This document shows, one piece after another, positions 1-7,367 of a DNA stretch of 64,000 nt. The DNA comes from Clostridia bacterium (GTDB lineage Bacteria; Bacillota; Clostridia; Oscillospirales; CAG-272). The stretch is taken from the NCBI GenBank assembly GCA_017461055.1, contig JAFTZI010000007.1:1236-65235 (forward strand), read 5' to 3'. The notes beneath the pieces were generated by a model. It had not been told where the DNA came from. It ran no database searches and worked only from the letters and a program-made list of their open reading frames with translations. How positions within the stretch are numbered: position 1 is the first letter of the stretch; each line of letters starts with the position of its first letter. The position numbers and the translations under genes are program-made.

Positions 1-1001
1 AGCACTGTGCTTGGAAATTCAGGGTGATTTGGAGAATCGGGAGCATGCTGAGTTTCCATACAAATAGCACATCTCTTTTTTTGTGGAATATCATCCTTGA
101 AGCAAGATTCTTCCTCATTAATACAGTTAGCGGTATAAATTTGAATACATGGTTGGTTAGTATAAACATTCATTGATCTGCCGGAATCGGGATCTTTTAG
201 GGTAGCAACGCGCTTAATTTCGCCGTGGTTGTTCAAGATATAGTTGTGGTCATAGCCTTGACCGTATCTTAAAATTGTATTTTTAGCATCAATATCTTTG
301 CCAATTAGCTTCTCTTTTCTAAAATCGAAAGCTGTTCTCTTTATGTTGATTATATTTCCGGTTGGGATGAGTTTTTCATCGATTTCCGAAATTTTATCTG
401 AGTCCAACCACAAGGTATGATTGGTGATTTTGCTCGAGCCACATCCACCTAAATTGAAATAAGCGTGATTGGTCAAATTAATTACAGTTTTTTTATCGGT
501 AGTGGCTATGTAATTAATCGAAAGTGTGTTATTATGGTCAAAAGTATAAAGTACTTTTACATTTAAATTGCCGGGATAGCCTTCCTCCATATCTTCACTG
601 AAGCAAGACATTTCAAGATACATTGTGTTACCAACTTCCCAAGCCTTGGCATCCCAAATCTTTTTGTCGAAGCCCTCTTTACCACCATGTAAATGGTTGT
701 CACCTTCGTTGTTATATAATTTGTATTCTACTCCATCGAGATTGAATGAAGAATTACTAATTCTATTACCATATCTTCCAATTATGGCACCCTGATATCC
801 ACTATTGTTTAGATAGGAGTCAACATCGTCATATCCGCATACAACGTCAGCAAAATTATCATTCTTGTCCGGTACCTTAATAGAAACAATTGTTGCACCT
901 AAAGTAATTATTTTAACGCTTGCACCAAAATAGTTGGTTAAGGTATATGCATGAACAGGGCAACCACACGGTTTTTTGCCAAATAATTCTTTTTTAATCA
1001 T
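1..1001 (-). CDS. galM: aldose 1-epimerase (galactose mutarotase); C-terminal end cut by the window edge
   Basis: Absent from the ORF track because there is no in-window stop. My own minus-strand translation from the ATG at 999-1001 gives MIKKELFGKKPCGCPVHAYTLTNYFGASVKIITL... and stays open to position 1, ending ...CMETQHAPDSPNHPEFPSTV. This is the typical mutarotase C-terminal pattern. It lies 2 nt downstream of galE. Confidence 0.8.
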   Translation of the reverse strand, partial: MIKKELFGKKPCGCPVHAYTLTNYFGASVKIITLGATIVSIKVPDKNDNFADVVCGYDDVDSYLNNSGYQGAIIGRYGNRISNSSFNLDGVEYKLYNNEGDNHLHGGKEGFDKKIWDAKAWEVGNTMYLEMSCFSEDMEEGYPGNLNVKVLYTFDHNNTLSINYIATTDKKTVINLTNHAYFNLGGCGSSKITNHTLWLDSDKISEIDEKLIPTGNIINIKRTAFDFRKEKLIGKDIDAKNTILRYGQGYDHNYILNNHGEIKRVATLKDPDSGRSMNVYTNQPCIQIYTANCINEEESCFKDDIPQKKRCAICMETQHAPDSPNHPEFPSTV

Positions 1002-1003
1002 TA

Positions 1004-2017
1004 TTATTCTCCATAGCCATCCGGATTTTTATTTTGCCAATTTGCAGCATCTAGACACATTTTGTCTATATCATATATTGCTTTCCAACCAAGTATCTCA
1101 TAAGCTTTCTTTGGATTAGCATAACACTCATCGATGTCGCCTGGGCGTCTGTCGCAAATTACATATTTGATTTCGTGACCAACAGCTTTTTCAAAAGCAT
1201 GTATAATATCGAGAACTGAGTATCCAACACCTGTACCAATGTTATAGTGCTCTACTCCGGTTACTTTAGCAGCTCTGTCGAGAGCCTTCAAGTGCGCATT
1301 TGCAAGGTCAACTACGTGTATATAGTCGCGTACTCCGGTTCCGTCTGGAGTTGCATAATCATTACCAAATACGTTTACGTGGTCATATTTACCAAAAGCT
1401 ACTCTTGCAATATAAGGTAAAAGATTATTTGGAATGCCCTTAGGATCTTCACCCATTAAACCGCTTTCGTGCGCTCCAATTGGATTAAAATATCTGAGAA
1501 TAGATATGCTCCACTCATTATCGGATACGTAGACATCAGAAAGAATTCTTTCTATCATTAATTTGGTCTCCCCGTATGGATTGGTGGTTGAGAGTGGAAA
1601 ATCTTCATTAATTGGAACTGACTTAGGTTTTCCATATACAGTTGCAGAAGAAGAAAATACAATTTTTTTGCAATTGTATTTAGACATGATTTTGCAAAGA
1701 TTTAAAGTGCCTGTTACATTGTTGTGGTAATACCACATAGGCTTTGCAACGCTTTCACCAACCGCCTTTAAGCCAGCGAAGTGAATTACAGAATCAATAG
1801 AATTCTCTTTGAAAACCATTTCAATATCATCAGTGTTTAAAATATCGCCTTTATAAAACTTAGGTGTTTTGCCGGTAATTTCTTTGATTCTATCAAGCAC
1901 GCAGAGCTTTGAATTGCAAAGATTATCTAATATAACCACTTCCCTGCCATCATTTAAAAGCTGTACTACTGTATGTGAACCTATAAATCCTGTTCCACCT
2001 GTTACTAAAATTGCCAT
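1004..2017 (-). CDS. galE: UDP-glucose 4-epimerase
   Basis: 337 aa. It has the N-terminal Rossmann motif ILVTGGTGFIGSH and the SDR catalytic YGETK (YxxxK). Length and overall pattern are typical of GalE. Confidence 0.93.
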   Translation of the reverse strand: MAILVTGGTGFIGSHTVVQLLNDGREVVILDNLCNSKLCVLDRIKEITGKTPKFYKGDILNTDDIEMVFKENSIDSVIHFAGLKAVGESVAKPMWYYHNNVTGTLNLCKIMSKYNCKKIVFSSSATVYGKPKSVPINEDFPLSTTNPYGETKLMIERILSDVYVSDNEWSISILRYFNPIGAHESGLMGEDPKGIPNNLLPYIARVAFGKYDHVNVFGNDYATPDGTGVRDYIHVVDLANAHLKALDRAAKVTGVEHYNIGTGVGYSVLDIIHAFEKAVGHEIKYVICDRRPGDIDECYANPKKAYEILGWKAIYDIDKMCLDAANWQNKNPDGYGE

Positions 2018-2105
2018 ATCAATTCTCCTAAATATTTTTATCTATTATATAATATATCATTTGTTTAAAAAAATCAAGTAATTTAGTAAATTTCATAAAC
2101 TTTTT

Positions 2106-2140
2106 AATAGAAAAGTGGTAGTCTGAAAAGCCTACCACTT
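2106..2140 (-). terminator. rho-independent terminator after the Cys-rich gene
   Basis: A 9-bp stem pairs aagtggtag (2113-2121) with ctaccactt (2132-2140) around a 10-nt loop. On the minus strand it is followed by TTTTCTATT and begins 6 nt after the stop at 2146. Confidence 0.6.
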
Positions 2141-2145
2141 GAAAT

Positions 2146-3015
2146 TTAATTGTTGCAGCCACAGCCACCACGAGTTGTGTCCTTATCCTTTTTGCCCATT
2201 GTAACAGGACCGGAACAAGGGCAAGCCGAATTGTTAAAAATTTGAGGTGAGAATTCGTTTACCGGAAACGCCATTGCTTTGAATAATGTGCAAGGATCAT
2301 CCTCTTGCGCAGTAATACATTCTTTGTCTGGGATGTTATATTCCGTGGCATTAACTATCAATTGTGTCGGTCTTTCAATTTTAACTACTGAAAAAAATCC
2401 TAATGACACAACTAACGCTTTATCGTCTCTGTCACATAGCTTACCGTTAATGTGGTTATAAACGAAATCGGGTATATCTTCAATGCAACAACAGCAGCTA
2501 CATGTGAACACCCTTGGTTCAACAACCTTCACATTTAAAACAACCGGGTCAACGGTTTCTAACACTGCGATAGGCAAATTATTTGTTTGATTTCCCTCAC
2601 AAGGCATTGCGTTGCAAAAACCGGATTTGTTTGGTTCGCTTTTGAAGATTCTTACATTTCCTTCGCTGCCATATAGAACAACCTTCTTTTCTACTACTGC
2701 TATACCCTCAAATTCTTGGATATTTCCCTGTGAAATGCATGCTTCAAAGGTTAATTTAACATACATTTTTATGTTTAATTGATAAAAGCCTCTATTGAAT
2801 GGTACATCGTTTATATCAATATAGGCAGATACAATCTTGGCGCATTTAGCACGCACAATTGATGTGCGATCAATTATTTCTTCACCAAAATCGGTTAGAT
2901 ATACTCTGACGTTTTCGAAACAATCTTTATCACGACAAGAATCTAAAACTCTATGAGTATCTATACAAATATTTTCTTTCTGATGAGGAGAAGAACAAAA
3001 CTTGTTATCTAACAT
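2146..3015 (-). CDS. cysteine-rich protein of unknown function (20 Cys in 289 aa, including a CSCCCC run and a C-terminal GGCGCNN)
   Basis: Long ORF with a strong SD (AGGAGGT) 8 nt upstream of the ATG and its own terminator. I see no signal peptide or TM segment. I do not recognise the family. Confidence 0.75.
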   Translation of the reverse strand: MLDNKFCSSPHQKENICIDTHRVLDSCRDKDCFENVRVYLTDFGEEIIDRTSIVRAKCAKIVSAYIDINDVPFNRGFYQLNIKMYVKLTFEACISQGNIQEFEGIAVVEKKVVLYGSEGNVRIFKSEPNKSGFCNAMPCEGNQTNNLPIAVLETVDPVVLNVKVVEPRVFTCSCCCCIEDIPDFVYNHINGKLCDRDDKALVVSLGFFSVVKIERPTQLIVNATEYNIPDKECITAQEDDPCTLFKAMAFPVNEFSPQIFNNSACPCSGPVTMGKKDKDTTRGGCGCNN

Positions 3016-3063
3016 AGGTAATTACCTCCTAATAGCTTAAAGAACTAATAGATAGCTCTTCCC

Positions 3064-3096
3064 TATTATATTATGCTAATAACTAAATTTTGTCAT
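3064..3096 (-). promoter_or_regulatory. candidate promoter of the Cys-rich gene (sigma factor ambiguous)
   Basis: The minus strand reads ATGACA-N17-TAATAT, which is weakly sigma-A-like. The same bases also read AC-N16-CATAATATA. It lies downstream of the 3119-3143 terminator and about 50 nt upstream of the start codon. Confidence 0.35.
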
Positions 3097-3107
3097 AATA
3101 AGTAGAA

Positions 3108-3146
3108 ATTAAAAGAAAGGAATCCAACAGAATGTCGGATTCCCGT
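3108..3146 (-). terminator. rho-independent terminator closing the transcript that comes from the 3618-4025 gene or the intergenic region
   Basis: Stem ggaatcc (3119-3125) pairs with ggattcc (3137-3143), with an inner 3-bp extension (aca/tgt). On the minus strand it is followed by TTTCTTTTAATTT. It is the only terminator-like hairpin I found between 3016 and 3617. Confidence 0.55.
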
Positions 3147-3248
3147 ATAATTATTTAATGTACTAATAATCTATATAAACCACACGAAAAACATTTAAGA
3201 ATCGGTTAAACACGCATTGTTTGAAAAATTCTTATCAAAAAAGTATTG

Positions 3249-3561
3249 CATTGGTAGTCACCTAAATATAATCGTAAAATGGTTAGTATTTTGATCAAAT
3301 TTTCTAATGTAGAAAAATATTAATTAGCCCATTGGTCTATCCTCACTAATCTTAGATTTCTAACAAGTGATATTTCCTAAACATAGAAACACCTCTGTTC
3401 CTGAAAGCGTTAAATCTTTGATTGGTTGTTAGCTAAATACTGCGAATCTGAACATTTCTCAGCCTAATAAAAAATTCGTTATAAAAATAACATGTGCTGT
3501 GTATTACTTATTCCGTAATTAGCCTATAAAGTTTGATAAATCGTACATTGGCCTGTCCTCA
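3249..3561 (-). repeat. four dispersed degenerate copies of a roughly 16-nt motif (minus strand TGAGGAYAGRCCAATG)
   Basis: On the plus strand, CATTGGCCTGTCCTCA (3546-3561) and CATTGGTCTATCCTCA (3330-3345) are 14/16 identical. Weaker copies are CATTGGTAGTCACCT (3249-3263) and GATTGGTTGTTAGCT (3420-3434). TAATTAGCC flanks both strong copies. Confidence 0.4.
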
Positions 3562-3617
3562 ACATTCTATAATTTAGTAGTAAGATGCGGCACTTAGGTC
3601 TTAGCGCTATAATTTGA

Positions 3618-4025
3618 TTATAGATACTTTTTAATGTTGTCAGTTGCGTTTTCAGCTGGCATTGAAAGTGTCATTACCAAATTAACGTCATTTTTAGCGG
3701 CTAAATTGTCAGCTTCTACAACAAATTTATCGAAAGCTTCCAAATCTCTATTACAAATTCTAAAAGTAGCATCTATAAAGAGATCGGTGATATCGTGGTT
3801 ACTTGCTAACAATCCAGCAATAAAGCCATAAAGTGATTGTGCATCATTTATCATATACTCATCAGAATTGATAAGTCTACATTTGTAACTAAGTGTAAGT
3901 TTTAAATTGTCGCCTTTTTCGATACACACTACAGAACCCTTTGAGGTCTCCAGTGCGGAATTTATCATCTCGATAAGCGTTTTTGTTTTGCCAGTGCCTT
4001 TCACACCGATGATAATTTTCATCAT
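3618..4025 (-). CDS. small stand-alone P-loop NTPase (135 aa), function unknown
   Basis: Walker A is GVKGTGKTK and a Walker-B-like LFIDA is present. The track start at 4040 is a GTG lying inside the SD. GGAGGA sits 7 nt before the ATG at 4023-4025, giving MMKIIIGVKGTGKTK.... Confidence 0.7.
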   Translation of the reverse strand: MMKIIIGVKGTGKTKTLIEMINSALETSKGSVVCIEKGDNLKLTLSYKCRLINSDEYMINDAQSLYGFIAGLLASNHDITDLFIDATFRICNRDLEAFDKFVVEADNLAAKNDVNLVMTLSMPAENATDNIKKYL

Positions 4026-4063
4026 ATTGTTGTCCTCCACAATATCTTTTTCTTTCTGGTTTT

Positions 4064-4092
4064 ATTATACACTACTTTTTAGAAAAAATCAA
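4064..4092 (-). promoter_or_regulatory. sigma-A-type promoter for the P-loop NTPase gene
   Basis: The minus strand reads TTGATT (4087-4092), a 17-nt spacer, then TATAAT (4064-4069), with an A/T-rich upstream region. Confidence 0.5.
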
Positions 4093-4173
4093 TAGCTTTT
4101 GTTAAAATCATCTAATATTTTTTGAAAATTTCAATTTTTTTTAAGTAAAATGACTAAAATAGCGCACTTTTGT

Positions 4174-4210
4174 CATAAAAAACGGCTTGAATAAATTCCA
4201 AACCGTTTAA
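4174..4210 (-). terminator. terminator after pgi
   Basis: An imperfect long hairpin pairs aaacgg-c-ttgaat with attcca-a-ccgttt (4180-4208). On the minus strand it is followed by TTTTTAT. Confidence 0.5.
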
Positions 4211-4215
4211 CAATT

Positions 4216-5556
4216 TTATTTAATTCGCTTTGTAAGCTCTGCTCTCAGTTCTTCGTATCCTTCTTTTCCCAACAGAGCAAACATATTTTTCTTATAGCTT
4301 TCAACACCCGGTTGGTTAAAAGGATTAACTCCAAGTGTGTAACCGGAAATAGCACAAGCAAGCTCAAAAAAGTAGATTAGATATCCGAATGAATATTCGC
4401 TTCTGTCATCTAACTCTAATACAATGTTTGGTACATCTCCATCTGAATGTGCGAATAAAGTACCGAGCATAGCGGTATGATTAACGTAATCAAGATCCTT
4501 ACCTGATAAGAAATTAAGCTTATCAACATTGTTAGGGTCAAACGGAATCAAAAGTTCATCATTTGATTTTTTAATATCAAGAACAGTTTCAAACATAATT
4601 CTTGAACCGTCTTGAATAAACTGTCCCAATGAGTGCAAATCTGTAGAAAAAATAACAGAGCTTGGATAAATACCCTTTTTGTCCTTGCCTTCGCTTTCTC
4701 CGAACAGCTGCTTCCACCATTCGCAAAGCATTTGTGCAGCAGGCTCGTACGCAGCTAATATTTCAACACTTTTTCCTCTGCGAAGAAGAATGTTTCTAAT
4801 AGCCACATATTTAAGACAATCATTTGACTCAATGTCTTCATTTGAGTATGCAACACGTGCGTCCTGTGCACCCTTCATCATTGAATCGATGTCAATACCG
4901 GCAACAGCAATCGGTAACAAGCCAACAGCTGTAAGAACTGAAAATCTTCCGCCGACATCATCCGGAACAACAAAGGTTTCATATCCGTTTTCATCGGAAA
5001 ACTTTTTAAGGGTTCCCTTAGCTTTATCGGTTGTTGCAAATATTCTCTTCTTTGCACCCTCTTTGCCATATTTTTCTTCCAAGAGAGCTCTGAAAACTCT
5101 AAATGCAACAGCGGGCTCTGTTGTAGTGCCTGATTTTGAAACAACGTTAATACAAACATCCTTACCATCGCAAATTTTTAGAAGATCGTTTAAAGATGAG
5201 GCACTAATAGAGTTACCTGCAAAATAAATATCAGGTGTTTTCTTATTAGGTAAATTATTATACACGGGTGACTTTACAAATTCAATTGCGGCTCTTGCAC
5301 CGAGATAAGATCCACCAATACCTATAACAACAAAAATATCACAAGATTCTTGTATATTTTTTGCAGCAACCTTGATTCTTGAAAATTCATCCTTATCATA
5401 ATTTACCGGTAGGTCAACCCAACCAAGAAAATCATTTCCTTCGCCGGAGCGTGAATTCAATACTTTCTGAGCATTACACACTTCGTTTGAAATATTATTT
5501 ATATCATCCTTAGAAACATAATTATCTAAAAATTTACTATTTAATTTAAGCGCCAT
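4216..5556 (-). CDS. pgi: glucose-6-phosphate isomerase
   Basis: 446 aa. It carries the PGI/SIS motifs [11 protein letters not shown] and [16 protein letters not shown], and matches the roughly 450-aa Bacillus/Clostridium-type PGI. Confidence 0.93.
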   Translation of the reverse strand: MALKLNSKFLDNYVSKDDINNISNEVCNAQKVLNSRSGEGNDFLGWVDLPVNYDKDEFSRIKVAAKNIQESCDIFVVIGIGGSYLGARAAIEFVKSPVYNNLPNKKTPDIYFAGNSISASSLNDLLKICDGKDVCINVVSKSGTTTEPAVAFRVFRALLEEKYGKEGAKKRIFATTDKAKGTLKKFSDENGYETFVVPDDVGGRFSVLTAVGLLPIAVAGIDIDSMMKGAQDARVAYSNEDIESNDCLKYVAIRNILLRRGKSVEILAAYEPAAQMLCEWWKQLFGESEGKDKKGIYPSSVIFSTDLHSLGQFIQDGSRIMFETVLDIKKSNDELLIPFDPNNVDKLNFLSGKDLDYVNHTAMLGTLFAHSDGDVPNIVLELDDRSEYSFGYLIYFFELACAISGYTLGVNPFNQPGVESYKKNMFALLGKEGYEELRAELTKRIK

Positions 5557-5636
5557 GATTTTTTAACTCCTATATTTTATACTTTATATATAATACAACA
5601 AGTTACTTAAAAATTCAACACTTTTTTATATTTTTT

Positions 5637-6788
5637 TCAAATAAAAAGATAGTTTTTAATTGCTTTAACAAAAAATTCAAAAAAATTCATTTTTTCACAG
5701 TTTTCTAATGAAACAATCTTACTTTCTTTTAATATTTTACCATCCAACTTATACTTAATACTTCCTATCTCATCACCTGCTTTGATTGGAGCGCATACGT
5801 TTTCATTGATTATTATTTCTTTTTCGATTTTTGATTCGTTACCTAAATTTTCTAATATCTCAATTCCGTCGTATCCTATTTTAATTTCATCGCTTTTACC
5901 TTTTATTACTTTAATAGTTCCATATTCTTGCTTTTCATCAGAATATATACCGTAATTAGCAAAGCCATAATCAAGCAGCTTTGTTGCAGCAATGTTTCTG
6001 TCATTTGAAGTGGGAGCACCCATTATAACCGCGATTAAGTGCAAATTGCCTCTTTTGGCACTCGCACTTACACAAAAGCCGGCTTTGTTTGTTGAGCCTG
6101 TTTTTAAGCCAGTTATGCCTTTATAAAATTTTACGAGCCTATTAGTATTTGAAAGGCCAAATTCTCCATTTCTTATTGTATCCATCCAAATAGTAGTGTA
6201 TTTTTGAATGTCCTGATGCTTGAGTAGCTCTTTTGACATTAGTGCAATATCATATGCACTGGTAGTGTGATTTGTTACTTCATCATCTAAACCTGTTACG
6301 TTTTCGAAATTGGTATTTTTCATACCTAATTCCTTTGCTTTTTCGTTCATCATAGAAACGAAGGCTTCTTCGCTTCCTGCAACATGCTCTGCTAATGTGA
6401 GTGCTGCATCGTTTGCGGAAGCAATAATTACACACTTTAATAGCTCATCAACACTCATGCTTTCTCCGGGTTCTAAATAGACCTGAGAGCCTCCCATTGA
6501 TGCAGCGTTCTCGCTAACTGTCAGCATATCTTTATAATTTAAAGTTCCTGCTTTGATAGCGTCAAATACAAGCAGAAGCGTCATGATTTTAGTGACAGAT
6601 GCAGGCGGCAAGCTTTCATTCATATTTTTTTCATAAAGGACAGTGCCGGTATTCGCATCCATTAAAACAGCGCTTTTTACGTTTAAATCGAAGTCGGTGT
6701 TCTTTATAGTAAGAGCTGAAATATTAATACTCATACTTAACATTAATATTGTTAGAAAAATTGAAAACAGCTTGATAAATTTCATCAT
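5637..6788 (-). CDS. D-alanyl-D-alanine carboxypeptidase (PBP5/DacB/DacF family)
   Basis: It has an N-terminal signal/TM segment and the motifs SVTK (SxxK), SAN (SxN) and KTGST (KTG). The second ATG (6785) has better SD spacing than the first. Confidence 0.9.
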   Translation of the reverse strand: MMKFIKLFSIFLTILMLSMSINISALTIKNTDFDLNVKSAVLMDANTGTVLYEKNMNESLPPASVTKIMTLLLVFDAIKAGTLNYKDMLTVSENAASMGGSQVYLEPGESMSVDELLKCVIIASANDAALTLAEHVAGSEEAFVSMMNEKAKELGMKNTNFENVTGLDDEVTNHTTSAYDIALMSKELLKHQDIQKYTTIWMDTIRNGEFGLSNTNRLVKFYKGITGLKTGSTNKAGFCVSASAKRGNLHLIAVIMGAPTSNDRNIAATKLLDYGFANYGIYSDEKQEYGTIKVIKGKSDEIKIGYDGIEILENLGNESKIEKEIIINENVCAPIKAGDEIGSIKYKLDGKILKESKIVSLENCEKMNFFEFFVKAIKNYLFI

Positions 6789-6797
6789 ACACCTCTA

Positions 6798-7337
6798 TTA
6801 GTTTATTAAAGCAATTATAATTGACATGTAAGTATTATAAAGTAGCCATATCAAGTGAAGAAAAATACAAATAGTCCATAATGAATAAATTCTAAAGCAC
6901 GATATTAGCGCTAAAAAAGTGAAGAAAACTGATACCAATAATACGATAAAGGTTATTAAGGGCGATAGTGATTTAAAGAATAACGGATAAACACAAAGCA
7001 GACACATAAATGCTAATATTAAAAAAGTTACTGATTTTATCGCTTCTCTTTTTTTGTATTTTTCGCACCCACATGCAACTCCACCGATTATTATGCCAAT
7101 ATAAGCGAATGAGATCGCCCATAAAAAATACATTATTCCTAATGGTAATGCTCCTCGCGGAAAAATATATAATAGAACTACCCTATCAGCTCTTCCACCT
7201 ATAATCCAGCTAAATAAACCTGAAAAAAGCGTTATTGATGATATGATTAAAATAGATTTAATATTTATCAGTCTAATATCGTGGCTTATACGATCAAAAT
7301 AATAATTAATTCTTTTAATGAGCTTCAAAAAAATCAC
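6798..7337 (-). CDS. polytopic membrane protein (about 5 TM); weak TspO/MBR-like pattern, assignment tentative
   Basis: 179-aa hydrophobic ORF. The track start is a GTG inside the SD. The SD GAGGTGA followed by 6 nt favours the TTG at 7328 (MKLIKRINYY...). The family call rests only on loose pattern resemblance. Confidence 0.45.
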   Translation of the reverse strand: MIFLKLIKRINYYFDRISHDIRLINIKSILIISSITLFSGLFSWIIGGRADRVVLLYIFPRGALPLGIMYFLWAISFAYIGIIIGGVACGCEKYKKREAIKSVTFLILAFMCLLCVYPLFFKSLSPLITFIVLLVSVFFTFLALISCFRIYSLWTICIFLHLIWLLYNTYMSIIIALIN

Positions 7338-7365
7338 CTCACAACAATATATGAGGTGATTTTTT
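7327..7365 (-). terminator. intrinsic terminator after the PBP gene whose 3' arm contains the SD of the next gene
   Basis: A perfect inverted repeat pairs AAAAAAATCACCTCA (7327-7341) with TGAGGTGATTTTTT (7352-7365) around a 10-nt loop. It starts 3 nt after the stop at 7368. Confidence 0.65.
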
Positions 7366-7367
7366 AA

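Noticed and set aside
3064-3096. A sigma-K-like match (AC-N16-CATAATATA) upstream of the Cys-rich gene, which would support a spore-coat role.
   Set aside because: The motif is short and AT-rich, so chance matches are likely. The same bases also fit a weak sigma-A promoter. The window shows no spoIVB or spo0A at the canonical post-recN site. I keep it only as a low-confidence note.
4679-5227. A 182-aa plus-strand ORF, representative of many long antisense ORFs. Others include 16747-17232, 51315-51755, 43213-43626, 36222-36620, 23149-23538, 43663-44046, 45240-45611, 34864-35229 and 56628-56996.
   Set aside because: Each lies entirely antisense to a gene with unmistakable family motifs. Their translations are low-complexity (Ser/Leu/Phe/Ile-rich). 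They have no SD or promoter context. They are typical shadow ORFs of the opposite frame.
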